This document shows positions 12,301-21,724 of a stretch of 64,000 bases of DNA, one piece after another. The notes beneath the pieces were generated by a model that saw nothing but the letters and a program-made list of their open reading frames with translations, made no database searches and was not told the origin of the DNA. Position 1 is the stretch's first letter. Each line of letters starts with the position of its first letter. The translations under genes and the position numbers were made by a program. The stretch lies in contig OZ281500.1 of NCBI GenBank assembly GCA_965637545.1, forward strand, positions 21,328,001-21,392,000, read 5' to 3'. The DNA is from Phallusia mammillata. Taxonomy: Eukaryota.

Positions 12301-12315
12301 GCTGTTTGGGGCCAT
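207..12315 (-). CDS. Multi-exon gene (5' portion, continues past the left edge) for a secreted or membrane protein with >=7 fibronectin type III repeats; R3-type receptor PTP-like ectodomain or other FN3-array protein
   Basis: 15 exons with AG acceptors, GT donors (last donor uncertain) and matching intron phases give one open frame of ~720 aa. The repeats show FN3 hallmarks: P-x-N/D-L start, conserved W, Y, and L-x-P-G-T/S-x-Y-x-V/I-x-V-x-A motif. No TM or catalytic domain lies within the window. Confidence 0.9.
681..839 (-). CDS. FN3 gene exon (FN3-6 second half)
   Basis: aattatttccAG|GT GAA AAT...ACA A|GTAAGT. Encodes GENQPPSKILGQGRITTPHATLSNMRPGTRYEILVVSGANQTQSNPSVILKYT, phase 1-1. Confidence 0.9.
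1202..1351 (-). CDS. FN3 gene 150-nt symmetric exon inserted within FN3-6 (possible cassette exon)
   Basis: ttattttattacAG|TA AAG GAA...GAA G|GTAATG. Phase 1-1, stop-free. Encodes VKERTKVSSTYMPDIYKPYAKYWQYDYKKVESLKLQCETAYQDVQHAVEE. Confidence 0.65.
1952..2098 (-). CDS. FN3 gene exon (FN3-6 first half)
   Basis: cggtatttcAG|GA TTA TCA...CCA G|GTAAGT. Encodes RLSKPLNLTASYEDVQHNAMEVKWLPVPHANSYLLLVYDCSGADRTVGP, phase 1-1. Confidence 0.9.
2219..2415 (-). mobile_element. Degenerate, internally deleted copy of the PIF/Harbinger-type MITE at 16144-16436
   Basis: Shares cagacagtg.acac...ggtctcatcagtgcagctggtgac...ttggctagtgtag...gcactccagt.tgttgggag...cgatgccacaact...agaggtcga.acag.gtg...tctgcagct with the reverse complement of that element. 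Confidence 0.75.
2598..2994. mobile_element. Non-autonomous hAT (Ac-like TAGGGAT termini) MITE
   Basis: Ends TAGGGATG.../...CTATCCCTA. Perfect 8-bp TSD ATGCTTGT (2590-2597, 2995-3002). Many subterminal GCTCGG/CCGAGC repeats. Confidence 0.88.
3217..3489 (-). CDS. FN3 gene exon (complete FN3-5)
   Basis: tcaatatcacAG|GA CTC AAA...ACA A|GTGAGT. 273 nt, phase 1-1. ...SIVVRWERKSGVEWYDVSV...IDNLTPGTFYTITVIAKN... Confidence 0.93.
3840..3966 (-). CDS. FN3 gene exon (FN3-4 second half)
   Basis: cccattcttAG|CAA TAT...ACA A|GTAAGT. Encodes QYEVTGTSHLLDHLKDAKKYQLEIIAKNNETVSLPGVEIVYT, phase 0 to 1. Confidence 0.88.
4018..4292. mobile_element. Probable hAT-type MITE
   Basis: TIRs CAGAGGTGCACAAC / GTTGTGCACCCCTG (1 mismatch). 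No clear TSD. Confidence 0.5.
5516..5632. repeat. Minisatellite, ~5 copies of a 23-24 bp unit (TAGATTTCGGGAATCGAATCCTA)
   Basis: Five adjacent degenerate units read directly. Each has a near-palindromic GATTTCG...CGAATC core. Confidence 0.9.
5991..6124 (-). CDS. FN3 gene exon (FN3-4 first half)
   Basis: gttttctgttacAG|AA CTG CCA...GTC AAG|GTTAGT. Encodes KLPKTTDIRISNVTDHSVFSQWDPVPGALSYLVILRNYQDSQIVK, phase 1 to 0. Confidence 0.9.
6418..6733. mobile_element. hAT MITE A (CAGGGGTTCCCAACCT termini)
   Basis: TIRs caggggttcccaacct / aggttgggaaccaatg, flanked by GTCTAATG at 6410-6417 and 6734-6741. Confidence 0.88.
6742..7914. mobile_element. hAT MITE B (CAGGGGTCGGCAACCT termini), hosts nested element C
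   Basis: Perfect 16-bp TIRs, flanked by GTCTAATG at 6734-6741 and 7915-7922. 20-bp GC palindrome at 7872-7891. Confidence 0.9.
7033..7395. mobile_element. hAT MITE C nested in B
   Basis: Ends cagttcccaacc / ggttgggaaccactg. TSD GTGTAAAC at 7025-7032 and 7396-7403. Confidence 0.88.
8121..8256 (-). CDS. FN3 gene exon (FN3-3 second half)
   Basis: gtttcttttaccAG|CAA GTT...TCA A|GTAATT. Encodes QVGERNVTSTVVHFVGLEAAKKYQIKLQAFNFISTSVLLEKTLYS, phase 0 to 1. Confidence 0.9.
8656..8789 (-). CDS. FN3 gene exon (FN3-3 first half)
   Basis: ttttgttgtactcAG|GG CTC GAA...AGC TTT|GTAAGT. Encodes RLEQPGDFLVSNVSDSFLKVSWNQPERSMYFIVTLNEFSASGDSF, phase 1 to 0. Confidence 0.9.
9027..9189 (-). CDS. FN3 gene exon (FN3-2 second half)
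   Basis: tcttcaattAG|ATC AGC...ACG C|GTAAGT. Encodes ISIDPTHVLYTGLEETGEEWTLIGELEPGSRYTVTVKAKNGKMEGEAASKSFVT, phase 0 to 1. Confidence 0.9.
9688..9788 (-). CDS. FN3 gene exon (FN3-2 first half)
   Basis: gcattttattcAG|TA CCA GGC...TAT GCG|GTAAAT. Encodes VPGKVRNIVIPPANITPSGALVSWEPTPKGLTYA, phase 1 to 0. Confidence 0.88.
10409..10444 (-). CDS. FN3 gene 36-nt microexon (GVGTWKCAGSSG) between FN3-1 and FN3-2
   Basis: attttgcttttaaactcacAG|GTGTTGGA...GGTG|GTAAGA. 36 nt, phase 1-1, no stop. Confidence 0.65.
11193..11365 (-). CDS. FN3 gene exon 3 (FN3-1 second half)
   Basis: gtttttcAG|A TAC CTG...ACA G|GTTAGC. Encodes YLVEVKSPKSDCIRGEGNLTSGLVTLRDLDSNTAYVIEVTAHNVNSCSTPKEITFTT, phase 2 to 1. Confidence 0.9.
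11634..11721 (-). CDS. FN3 gene exon 2 (FN3-1 first half)
   Basis: tttttgtttacAG|TG TTG CTG CCA...GAT CG|GTAGAG. Encodes VLLPPSEHSVESILATSAIVKWSDVMEADR, phase 1 to 2. Not in the ORF track. Confidence 0.85.
12126..12315 (-). CDS. FN3 gene coding exon 1: signal peptide/anchor, acidic pro-region, RYRR site
   Basis: ATG at 12315. MAPNSGAIAVLAYLLTGLVVW...DEYDVYDTD...RYRRAAEGCDE. Donor G|GTAATG at 12125 (phase 1). Acceptor tttttgctctgtAG lies 7 nt upstream of the ATG (AG at 12323-12324). Confidence 0.85.
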
Positions 12316-13062
12316 TGCGGATCTACAGAGCAAAAATAAGGGGTTAAACTTCCTATTACAAAAGCATGCACAGAACAGACGAAATCATCGCCATACCACC
12401 GCTGTACATGTAAAATGACCCAATAGCGACAATACTTTAATTAACGGATACCAGTTAATGTAACATATACGCAGACTGATTTACAAGCGTGCTGAAACCT
12501 CTAGCTATGGAAATATTTGTAATTGGACATTTTGATCTACCAAACCGAAATGGAAATTGCGACCAGCCTTAAGCTTACAAAAAAGCGTTGCGCTGGATAT
12601 CGAAAATATCATTATACATGCAACTATATAAAAATTTAAAAAACCACCAATTTTTGGGCTGCATGGAAAAATTCAATTTCGGCGCGATTTAACAGAAAAG
12701 AGTAAAGAGCATGTACTATTCAAAATCAAAAAATGTCAAAAACTAGAATTTAAATGCCAAAACCGCCAGCAAAACTTGAGCAAGGTTTATTTTTTAAACA
12801 GCCTGCACTTTTTTTGTTCAAACATCGTAGAATGACATTAAAACGCACTTCTAAAACACAATTTAAATCAAATATCGTTTTCGAAAATTTCGAGTTTAGT
12901 TTTGCGTTCACATGATTTCAAAACTACGTATTTGGTTTGAATACCGTTGTATACAAGGCTAAATACTCATACAATTAAAACAAACATTCAATAAAATGCA
13001 TAACTGCGTCGTAATTACACTTTCAAAACGGTGACTTGTCTTGGCATAAACTTTGTTTAAAC

Positions 13063-13275
13063 CAGTGGTTCTCAAACTCGGTTTTCGGGGCCGCATGCGG
13101 CTCCCAACTACTTATTTTGCGGCTCGCACCAGACCTCAGAAAACCACCAAACATTGCTATTTTAGCTTTCAATGTCATCTTCTAGTGATTTTCTCAAGGT
13201 TTCGTTTTTTGCGGCTCCCTACACACTTAAAAAATACCATTTGACCCCGACAAGAAAAAAGTTTGAGAACCACTG
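13063..13275 (+). mobile_element. hAT MITE D, copy 1
   Basis: TIRs CAGTGGTTCTCAAAC / GTTTGAGAACCACTG. TSD GTTTAAAC. Confidence 0.92.
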
Positions 13276-13824
13276 GTTTAAACACACGAAGTTGAAATCT
13301 GCCAATCTGGGTAATGATTGGTCAACAATTAAAACTTCAGTTATAAACCAAACACACTAAAAACTGTCTAAACCTGGTTTAGGTGCTTCACACAATTAAG
13401 AGGTTTCATTTCGTTCTTTTACCAATTGATATCACTTGTTTATCGCAAGAAGCGGGTGCGGAGTAATTTGGGTAAGAAGCGAAATTGGGGATTATATCTC
13501 ATTGCAATGAATAATTCACCTTGCAAGGGGCTTGTGGCAGATCGTATGATATCTTTCTACGTAGTTCCCATACTTTCACGTTAATTATGCATGCAAGTGA
13601 AAATAACATGCGTAGTTGTACATGCTGCTTGCGTATTGTGGGAATTTTGACCTAAAGCATGTTTCTTTGACTTGTCTATTATGTTTTAAAATATGGGTCG
13701 TCAACTCCCGGTAGGCGAGATGATTTTTCATGCCATGCCATATAAATTAAGTTTATATATAGGTACACTTTTTGATATGTAAACTATTACATATAGCTTA
13801 AATGCAGCTTGTTATAATCTATTA

Positions 13825-14300
13825 CCGTATATACTCGCCGATAGGTCGCGCCACCGTATAGGTCGCACTATTAGTTTTGTGTTAAACAAGTTTAATTTAG
13901 AGACTCGCACATAAGTCGCACCGAAAATCTAGGGATTTAAAAGGCCCTTTTCCAAGCTTTTTTGCATAGATAACTTCCTATTTTTTTGTAGGGCTTAATA
14001 TAATCAAACTTTGTTTACATTTTTTCTCAACAAAGCGGGAAAATTCAACGCACGCTGAGCGGTCGCATGTGCGTGTGCGCTCATGAAACTGTCTCGCATT
14101 ATGTGCGTGCACGAGCGCATGCACCCGTATTCGATAGAACCACAGTGGCAATAGCACATTTCCACTACAATTCGCGTCTATAACGCGCGCTTTTGTTCCG
14201 ACTTGGTGGCGACTTGCACTTATGTCGAGCGGATAGGTCGCACCTATATTTTTAAAAAAATATAAGGAAAAGATTGCGACCTATCTGCGAGTATGTACGG
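13825..14300. mobile_element. Tc1/mariner (pogo/Tigger-like) MITE
   Basis: TIRs CCGTATATACTCGCCGATAGGTCGC / GCGACCTATCTGCGAGTATGTACGG, flanked by TA on both sides. Internal repeated ATAGGTCGC motifs. Confidence 0.85.
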
Positions 14301-14654
14301 TAGGCCTAAAACCCGAATCGCAAGATTCTGTTGGTATTTTTTTTGTTTCTGACAGTTTTTGTACTTTTCGATACAGTTTATCCAAAAAACTATTGCAAAC
14401 AAAAAACTCGGCACGCAAATCCATAATTGGAACGAGGCGTTTATAGGGTTGCCTATACTTCTGTTTTAGGACTTAAAAGGGCGGAAATTGCTTTTACTCA
14501 AGCAGAGTAAAAACCAACCCTTTAATTTTATTAATTTTACGAGATTAGCGGCTAAATGTTAGCAAAATATTTTTGATAGTATTTTGAGTCAGTGTTTCAA
14601 CAAAAAAAACGCAATCTGCCTCGGGAAAAAACGCAAAGCACTTACTATCTGGAG

Positions 14655-14870
14655 CAGTAGTTCTCAAACTTTTTTATTGTCGGGGTCAAATGGTATTTTT
14701 TTAAGTGTGAAGGAAGCCGCAAAAAACGAAACCTTGAGAAAATCACTAAAGATTATTACTTTGAAAGCTAAAATAGCAATGTTTGGTGGTTTTCTGAGGT
14801 CTGGTACGAGCCGCAGAATAAGTAGTTGGGAGCCGCATGCGGCCCCGAAAACCGAGTTTGAGAACCACTG
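14655..14870 (-). mobile_element. hAT MITE D, copy 2 (inverted relative to copy 1)
   Basis: Reverse complement of 13063-13275 at roughly 94% identity by eye. TSD ATCTGGAG/ATCGGGAG. Confidence 0.92.
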
Positions 14871-14900
14871 ATCGGGAGAGTAAAATCATTCCCTCTACTA

Positions 14901-15399
14901 GAGGGGTCACCAAACTTTTTTCACAGCGGGCCGAATAAGTTTAATAATGATTCGCGAATCGCGAGATAGTTTACATGCCTTAACGCAGTCTTTCCAAATT
15001 TTTTTATCGTACCGCCAAGAGATCTTTCTACGATAATATTCTAAGTGTGGTGATGCGACTGCTGATTTTTAAAGTTAGTCTTATCTGCCGAGCGATGTTC
15101 CTATATTACGTCACAAATGATCAAAGAAGACAAATGTTCGCGACCAATTAAAACTTGTAGTCTTACCTGTGAATGTGACACATTGCCTTAGGATCATTCC
15201 TGTACGTTGTAATCCTATGAGACTAGGTATAATTAATTCCACATGTCGTTGCAGCGAAACTTTCGCAGAGAGTAAATTAGTTTTTGAATGTTGCAAAGTT
15301 ATAAGTACGATTTAGCAAACCAAAAAACACGGTCGCGGGCCGAATGAAATGACCTCGCGGGCCGGATCTGGCTCGCGGGCCGTAGTTTGATGACCCCTG
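14901..15399. mobile_element. hAT MITE related to B
   Basis: Ends gaggggtcaccaaac / gtttgatgacccctg. Subterminal cgggccggatctggctcgcgggccgtag as in B. Degenerate TSD ctctacta/ccctactc. Confidence 0.72.
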
Positions 15400-16143
15400 C
15401 CCTACTCCAACTTTTCTTTTTGCTGAGAAGAAAATCTCTATGACCGGGGCTTCCCCAACTGACACATTGCTCAATGAGGCGTAGCGCACAAAGTGGCAGT
15501 TGTCAGTTCGCTTGTCCCTACAACCCGTAATTTCCGGCGCAAAAAGGCAAAATCCGTCTGCCTTCAAACGTCACAAACCGCCTTGTCAACGTCACAAGGT
15601 CATCTATCGGTATTTTGTTGCGTGACAACGTAATATCGTAGCGTAAATGCTGTTAGTTCTAAATATGAGAGGATAGCGTGCGAGATAGTCGGTCGTATGG
15701 TGGATTAAGAGCAGTTGGAGGCCAAACGTGTTATCGGTCGTTACGTGGGTGGAGAAAAAGCAAGTTTTTGGTCGCACGCGATTGGCAAATAAGGAAACAC
15801 GAATTAACGACAATTTATTAATGTTTAACACAGCGAAAGGTTTGAGAATGACAATGGATTATATATCTACATGTTTGTATTTTTAATTTAAAAACAGAAT
15901 CACTCAGCTTGTTGCTTGGTGGATGAAGGCTATATTGAAATTTATGTCCGTGTAGATAGAACGAAGTTCACAAAAATCATTAAGCCGTTTGTACTTATGA
16001 TTGTTTTAAATCTATTTGAATAGGATACTGGTAATACTGTTAAGGCAGATTATATGTACATCACAATCTTCAGGACGAATGACCCAATGAATTTCATGAA
16101 CGTAAATCTATCTATGTAAAAGCATAGAGCCAATAAATGATAA

Positions 16144-16436
16144 GCTGCAGACAGTGCACACTGTTTCGACCTCTATGCTTTTACATTGATACTGTGACAC
16201 TGAGCCGACTTCACTGTGGTTCCCAAGCAGTTGCTGGGCCATTGTGAGCCAGTTTCATCTGTGCTGTATGTCCAGTTGTGGCATCGCACAGACTAGGTGA
16301 TGCATGGGGTTGTACCCTGTGCTCCCAACAAACTGGAGTGCCGTTGAATGGCTACACTAGCCAATGCGGCCGATCTCTCGTCACCAGCTGCACTGATGAG
16401 ACCTTATAGGTCGAAACAGTGTGCACTGTCTGCAGC
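16144..16436 (+). mobile_element. PIF/Harbinger (Tourist-like) MITE
   Basis: Perfect 29-bp TIR GCTGCAGACAGTGCACACTGTTTCGACCT, flanked by TAA on both sides (16141-16143, 16437-16439). Related copies at ~2219-2415 and a fragment at ~10485-10520. Confidence 0.88.
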
Positions 16437-18495
16437 TAAATCTATCTATATTTAGGGATTTTTTCGTTGTTTTATTGTGTGAAAAAGATGGTTCTACGCA
16501 GTGGTGGAAACAAGGGTTAGATAGGTATTTTCAAATAGATTTTTTACGCCTCCAAGTAGAATAGAGCAGTGTTATATCACTCACGCCCGCCAAGTGGCGC
16601 TAAAGAACAAAACCTAAATGTTAAAAATGCACGAAAAATGTTTTTCGTGCAGTTTTTTTACCTGCAAATACAAAACAAAAACACTCACCATGTTGCATTC
16701 GGTCGACAAATGCTATTTGAAATTGTAGGTTGGCTGTTGTTACATATTATTCTTTTGTTTCTTTTACATTCGGTTGCCTTCGACAGCTAACCAATAAATC
16801 TGTGGCAAAAACAAACGGAATTTCACCAAAAAATCGTCATACAATTACACAACCATTCCAATTAGTACAAAAATCCTAAAATAACGATGTGCTTATCAAA
16901 ATAGCCGGGTTTTTTGGTGCAACCACCAATCACTTAAAACTCAACAAAGATTTATTGATTTTGCTAAGCCAATAAACACAAGCCTAGTGTGTGATAACTC
17001 CAGGTGTTTAAAGTTGTTTACCAAGGCGAGAATGTTATTCGACCGAGCTTCAGGTCTCAATTACCGGCTAAGGCAGCGTTTAGTACCGGTACTTTTCATA
17101 TAATGACGGTTCTGCGGCTCATCCACACTTCCAATCTATTCAAATCGTCAAAACAGCTTCCGTGGCCGCGAACTGATGTTGGATGAGTGATCGGTTGGAA
17201 GAGCAATTAATGTCAGTCAGTGATGTGCGCACGAACCAACTGTTAATCATACAAACGTGAATAACTGGGATTTATTGACGCAAATGATGTTGTTTGTGTG
17301 ATTTTATAGCCAAGACTGCGCATGGTCATTAAAAAAGCGACTTTCAAACCGGGTATTTTGAATATAGCCCTAAGAAAACAGTTGTTAACGCAAACATTAT
17401 AGTGTATGTAGTTTCAGAATCCTGGTCACTTTTATGATTTAATTTGAACCAGCACATATACAATCCCCAAAATGACAACGACATGTAGTTTTCAACACAC
17501 CGATATTATTCTGAAAATCCTATTTTAAAAAACAAATTAGGGAACCAACACCTATAACAACCAGCTGTTTTTCTTTGACATAATTGCCAATTAAATTGCA
17601 AATGCAAAACATCATTGAGCACGCAATTGATTGTGCACCAAGCAATAAATGGACTAATAATAAAATTCAAAATATTATTTGTTTCAAAACATAATGAAGA
17701 ATCAAATATGGAGCAAAATCACCAGGTAATAAAACTAGAATTATTATTTTCACTTTGGAAAAAAAAAACCAGCAAGAATTTGCTAGCTGTTAGTCGGAAT
17801 AAGGTGTTTTTTTTCAAATTAAACTGCATTAAAGACCACAAAATACATAATAAAGGCATGTTACTATGTAAGGCAAAAATTTGCAGAAAAAAATCAATTC
17901 AAAAGTTTTGTGAGAAGAATGTTAATAACACACTATACGCGGTTCAGCTTAACGAACAGTTTGCTTGCTATACATTACAGCTTTCATAGGCGATAAGCCC
18001 AGTTATTTGAAAACACCTCTCATCACGTTGCGGCCTTAAATGCGGGGTACAGACGACCGATCTTCGATTCCTGATCACAAATTAAGCCAGCCAGAGAACC
18101 GGTAACAGGTACCTGTTGTGATGCCGAGTATGGAAACAATTTCGATTATCCCAATCGCTTCGAAGTAACTGTTTGGGCGCAGTCTTGGTGTCACAATTAA
18201 GAGGGGAGATTTGAAGACATTCTTGCACCAAATAAGGCACCACTTGCCACGGGAGGGAAAGATTTCGCAAGGCTGGACAAAATTACAGCGAGGTAGTTAC
18301 ATTGACTTAAAAAGGGTGTGAGCCGATTAGTTTTTGGCAATTGAAACGTTTTGAATTACTTTCGATTCGCAATGCGTAGTTGGGTAGGATTTAATTGCGT
18401 TTAATTGCCAACCAAAGCATATAAGAAGCTAGTTAGAAAATTAACTTATATCCCAAACCAATATAATTTAAATTAAAATCCGCGCCTTAACCAAA

Positions 18496-18663
18496 ATTTG
18501 CATTTGAATTGGCATGACTTGACATTTCTTGACGATCACGTGACCAAATTCGACCAATAATAACGCGAACAGCATAGATCACAAATCACGTAATCTTTTT
18601 CAATCAAAACAGCACCGACGTCACTCGTTTCAACCAATAATCACGTGACATAAGTTCACCAAT
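18496..18663. promoter_or_regulatory. Promoter-like motif cluster (octamer, 4 CCAAT boxes, 2 TCACGTGAC, CRE-like)
   Basis: ATTTGCAT 18496-18503; ATTGG 18508; CCAAT 18554, 18634, 18659; TCACGTGAC 18536 and 18641; GACGTCA 18617. Confidence 0.5.
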
Positions 18664-19592
18664 CAAGTTCACTTTTTTAAGATCATCTCGAAAAATCAAT
18701 CTTTCACCCTTTGCTTTTGTATTTGCCAGTTCACACCTTTCCTGTCGTGAAACGTCACACGCAACGCAGATGTTGGGTCAAAAGGGAAGGCTACTATGGA
18801 AGGAAATGCCCGAAATTTCTTGCAATTTGGTGTAAATCTAACATTTTGATTCTTTGTTTTATGTTAATGACATTTATTATAAAAACAGAACTTGAGTTTT
18901 GGTGAAAGATAACATAGTCACACCAACGCACTCATCACCAAGCCGAAATTACTGTGCAACGTTACAGCTTTAACTAATACACACTTCTATAAACCGTCCA
19001 CTACATAACGGCACTCAATGGGCAATTTTGCATTTTTGAATTGGTGAACAATAATTAACTTAACCGGTTAATTCCTCACGCAAAATCAAAGGCCACCAGC
19101 TTCTTGTCAAGAAGATTTTAACAGAGTTACCCAATACCATTTTCCATACTAACTAGAAAAACAGTTTCAAAGACTTCAAGTACAACACCCAACTATTTCG
19201 GTAGTAAACCAGATAAAAGGCCAACACAGCACGTCAAAACCATAAACTTCCACCGGCCGGAGGTAACACCCCGGAGTTCGAAGTCAGGCTTTTAACAACT
19301 CGTGTAGCTCTTGTAACACAGAGGTGACGAGAGATTACTACCGAATGCCGTTTCCTTTGCGGCGAGCTACTGATGACAGCACGGCCTCCTATGGACGTGT
19401 TGTTTATACCAGGCCTTTCCACACTTGCGCATAATCTAAAAGTCAAATTCGTTTTAGTGTCGCTCCCTTACATCCGCCGTGGAGTGAACACGCAACCGCA
19501 GCTGTTTTCACCTTTGCTAGTCGTGTTTTGCTATGTGGCTTCCTAAACGTTCCGCGCGGTACGGTAGGATGCCTTTCTATGTTGATAGGGAG

Positions 19593-19770
19593 CAGTGATT
19601 CTCAAACTTTTATAGATCAAGGGCAATTTTGCCTTCGTATACCTGTTTGGTATGAAATGTTAAGTAATGAAAACACTATTAGGGGAAACATTTTTGTATG
19701 TCATGAGGTGATCACAGTCTCACGAAAGCCTTTCATAGACTCACGTGAGTCCATGAGCACGGGGTTCAAA
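19593..19770. mobile_element. Truncated hAT MITE (left end only)
   Basis: CAGTGATTCTCAAACTTTT left TIR. No intact right TIR found. Right boundary is approximate. Confidence 0.4.
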
Positions 19771-21724
19771 ATAAACTTTGCCTTGGGCACTATTTCGAAG
19801 GATAGATCTAATATTGAACAACCTTTTTTTTTAATTTCAACTTTCTGTTGATTAGGTATGATGAGATTTTGGTTCACACTTAGTTTTAAGATTGGATATA
19901 ACAAGCAAAATTTACAAGAGTGTCGTACAACAGGCTTTTAGGATATGGGAACATGCTTGTTTTTATAAAGGATAGGCACCAGTTTAACACACCTATTTTG
20001 TTGAAACACGAAACTTATGTTTCAGGAACCTAACAAGTTTGGATAGGTTGTTGGTTTAGTGCAGTAACCCATTGGAAATTCTCACTCTGTTATGTTATAC
20101 TGTTGCCAAGGTTAGGTAAACGATGCATTAGCCGGGCTTGGGGTGCTATTTTAACAAGATTAAACGAAAGGCTATTTTTGCAATACCCGAAACGCTTCAC
20201 AAATCCAACTCCAAAGCCGAAGTGAAACTAGGTAAAAGGTCACAATTATGTGCTCAAAGTAATACCAGTCATTTCCAAACACAGTAGGTCCGTGCTAGGA
20301 ACAAATACCGGAGGAAATTGCGATCTCCGTTATCAAATTGAAGCCTGTACGGCAGCACGGTACGTAATTGCCTTTGTAAAACAAAAGACCATTCACGCCT
20401 AGCGCTTTATTAGCTACAAAGTTGCGCGTTTCGAATGAGGACGGTGTCAACCTGTGCCGATTGCCGCATACAGCGATGACATTTAATTTACAGCTCAAAT
20501 GCCCCCTTTGTTTTAAAATTCAAGGCCATTAGCGCCATCCCGTGTTATAATTTACGGTGTTTGACAATGGTCTTGTAATTGCTTTTGCAATCTGTGTTCA
20601 TCTGTGTTAAGATATACGTATAAGATAAAAGGAAATTTATACTTGAATTAGGCGTGGGAATGTGGACGTTAGCTTTGATGCTATTTTTTTCTTTTTATTG
20701 AAGCACCAATTTTGTTGGACTAATTGACGTTATTCATCAATGACGTTATTAAACGTAAGCGAAAGATCGTTGCGTCACATGGCTTAGGAAAAAAGTTATA
20801 AGGTTTTGAAGGAATGGTAACAAAATAATTTAAACACTCCCGCATGGCTTTAGTGTAAAAAATAATACAACCGATTAAAAAATAGGTACTACAAAAAATT
20901 AAAATGTCATTTTGATATTTTGCAATTTCACGTTAGTTAAAAATTGGCGACAAGCACGAATCAATTAAATAATGCGAAATTTGCATCAAAAATTGATTCT
21001 AAAAAAAACATTAACACCAAATGAATCCTAAAACTTATTTCAAGACGTTATTTCAAGTCCGGAAAAAAACATACGACTTATTTTTTGTCCTATGAATACC
21101 CTTAATCGCACTCATGTCTTTCATATAGCCGCCCTTTCAAATAATAAAAAGTCAAGGGCAAAGGATTAATTATTCGACCTTGAACTCGACGCGTCCAAGG
21201 TCATGTAATCCGCGGCTAGGCGATTTGTACGCCAGATACTGTAGCTATTTGTCGCTTGTATCCGCTTACACGTGTAGGAAGCGTTTAACACGACAAGCTA
21301 TACCGACGATATGCGATGTTGTGTGTTCAAAACGAGGGGCGAGGCTCAGGAGACGGATTCCGGCGCCTAATTACACGCTACAAGCGATATACAAGCCATC
21401 GTTTGTTCCACTTGTAACGTCACGAACGTCCGCTTGCTTGACAAATTTAGACGGTTTCGTTACGAAAACCAGGTGTAAATGATCACAAGATTTTTAGGAA
21501 TAAATTACATAGTACATATGTTGGGAAGAAATAGGTAACACCTTGGTTTATTTTGGTGGTATTGAGTTGATTTTCCGTGATTTATCCCGATATAAGGGGT
21601 ATTTTGAGGCACTAAATTTGAACTGTTCTCCAATGCAGTCGTTGTAATAAAGGTCACCACATGCGCAGGCACCTGTTTATGCTAGTAATTCATCGTGATT
21701 AATCAGAGCGCTGACCATCTATAG

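Noticed and set aside
16009-16024. AATCTATTTGAATAGG, a 14/16 match to the Ciona spliced leader ATTCTATTTGAATAAG
   Set aside because: Not followed by a GT donor or a recognisable Sm site. A match this good has roughly a one-in-three chance on two strands of 64 kb AT-rich DNA.
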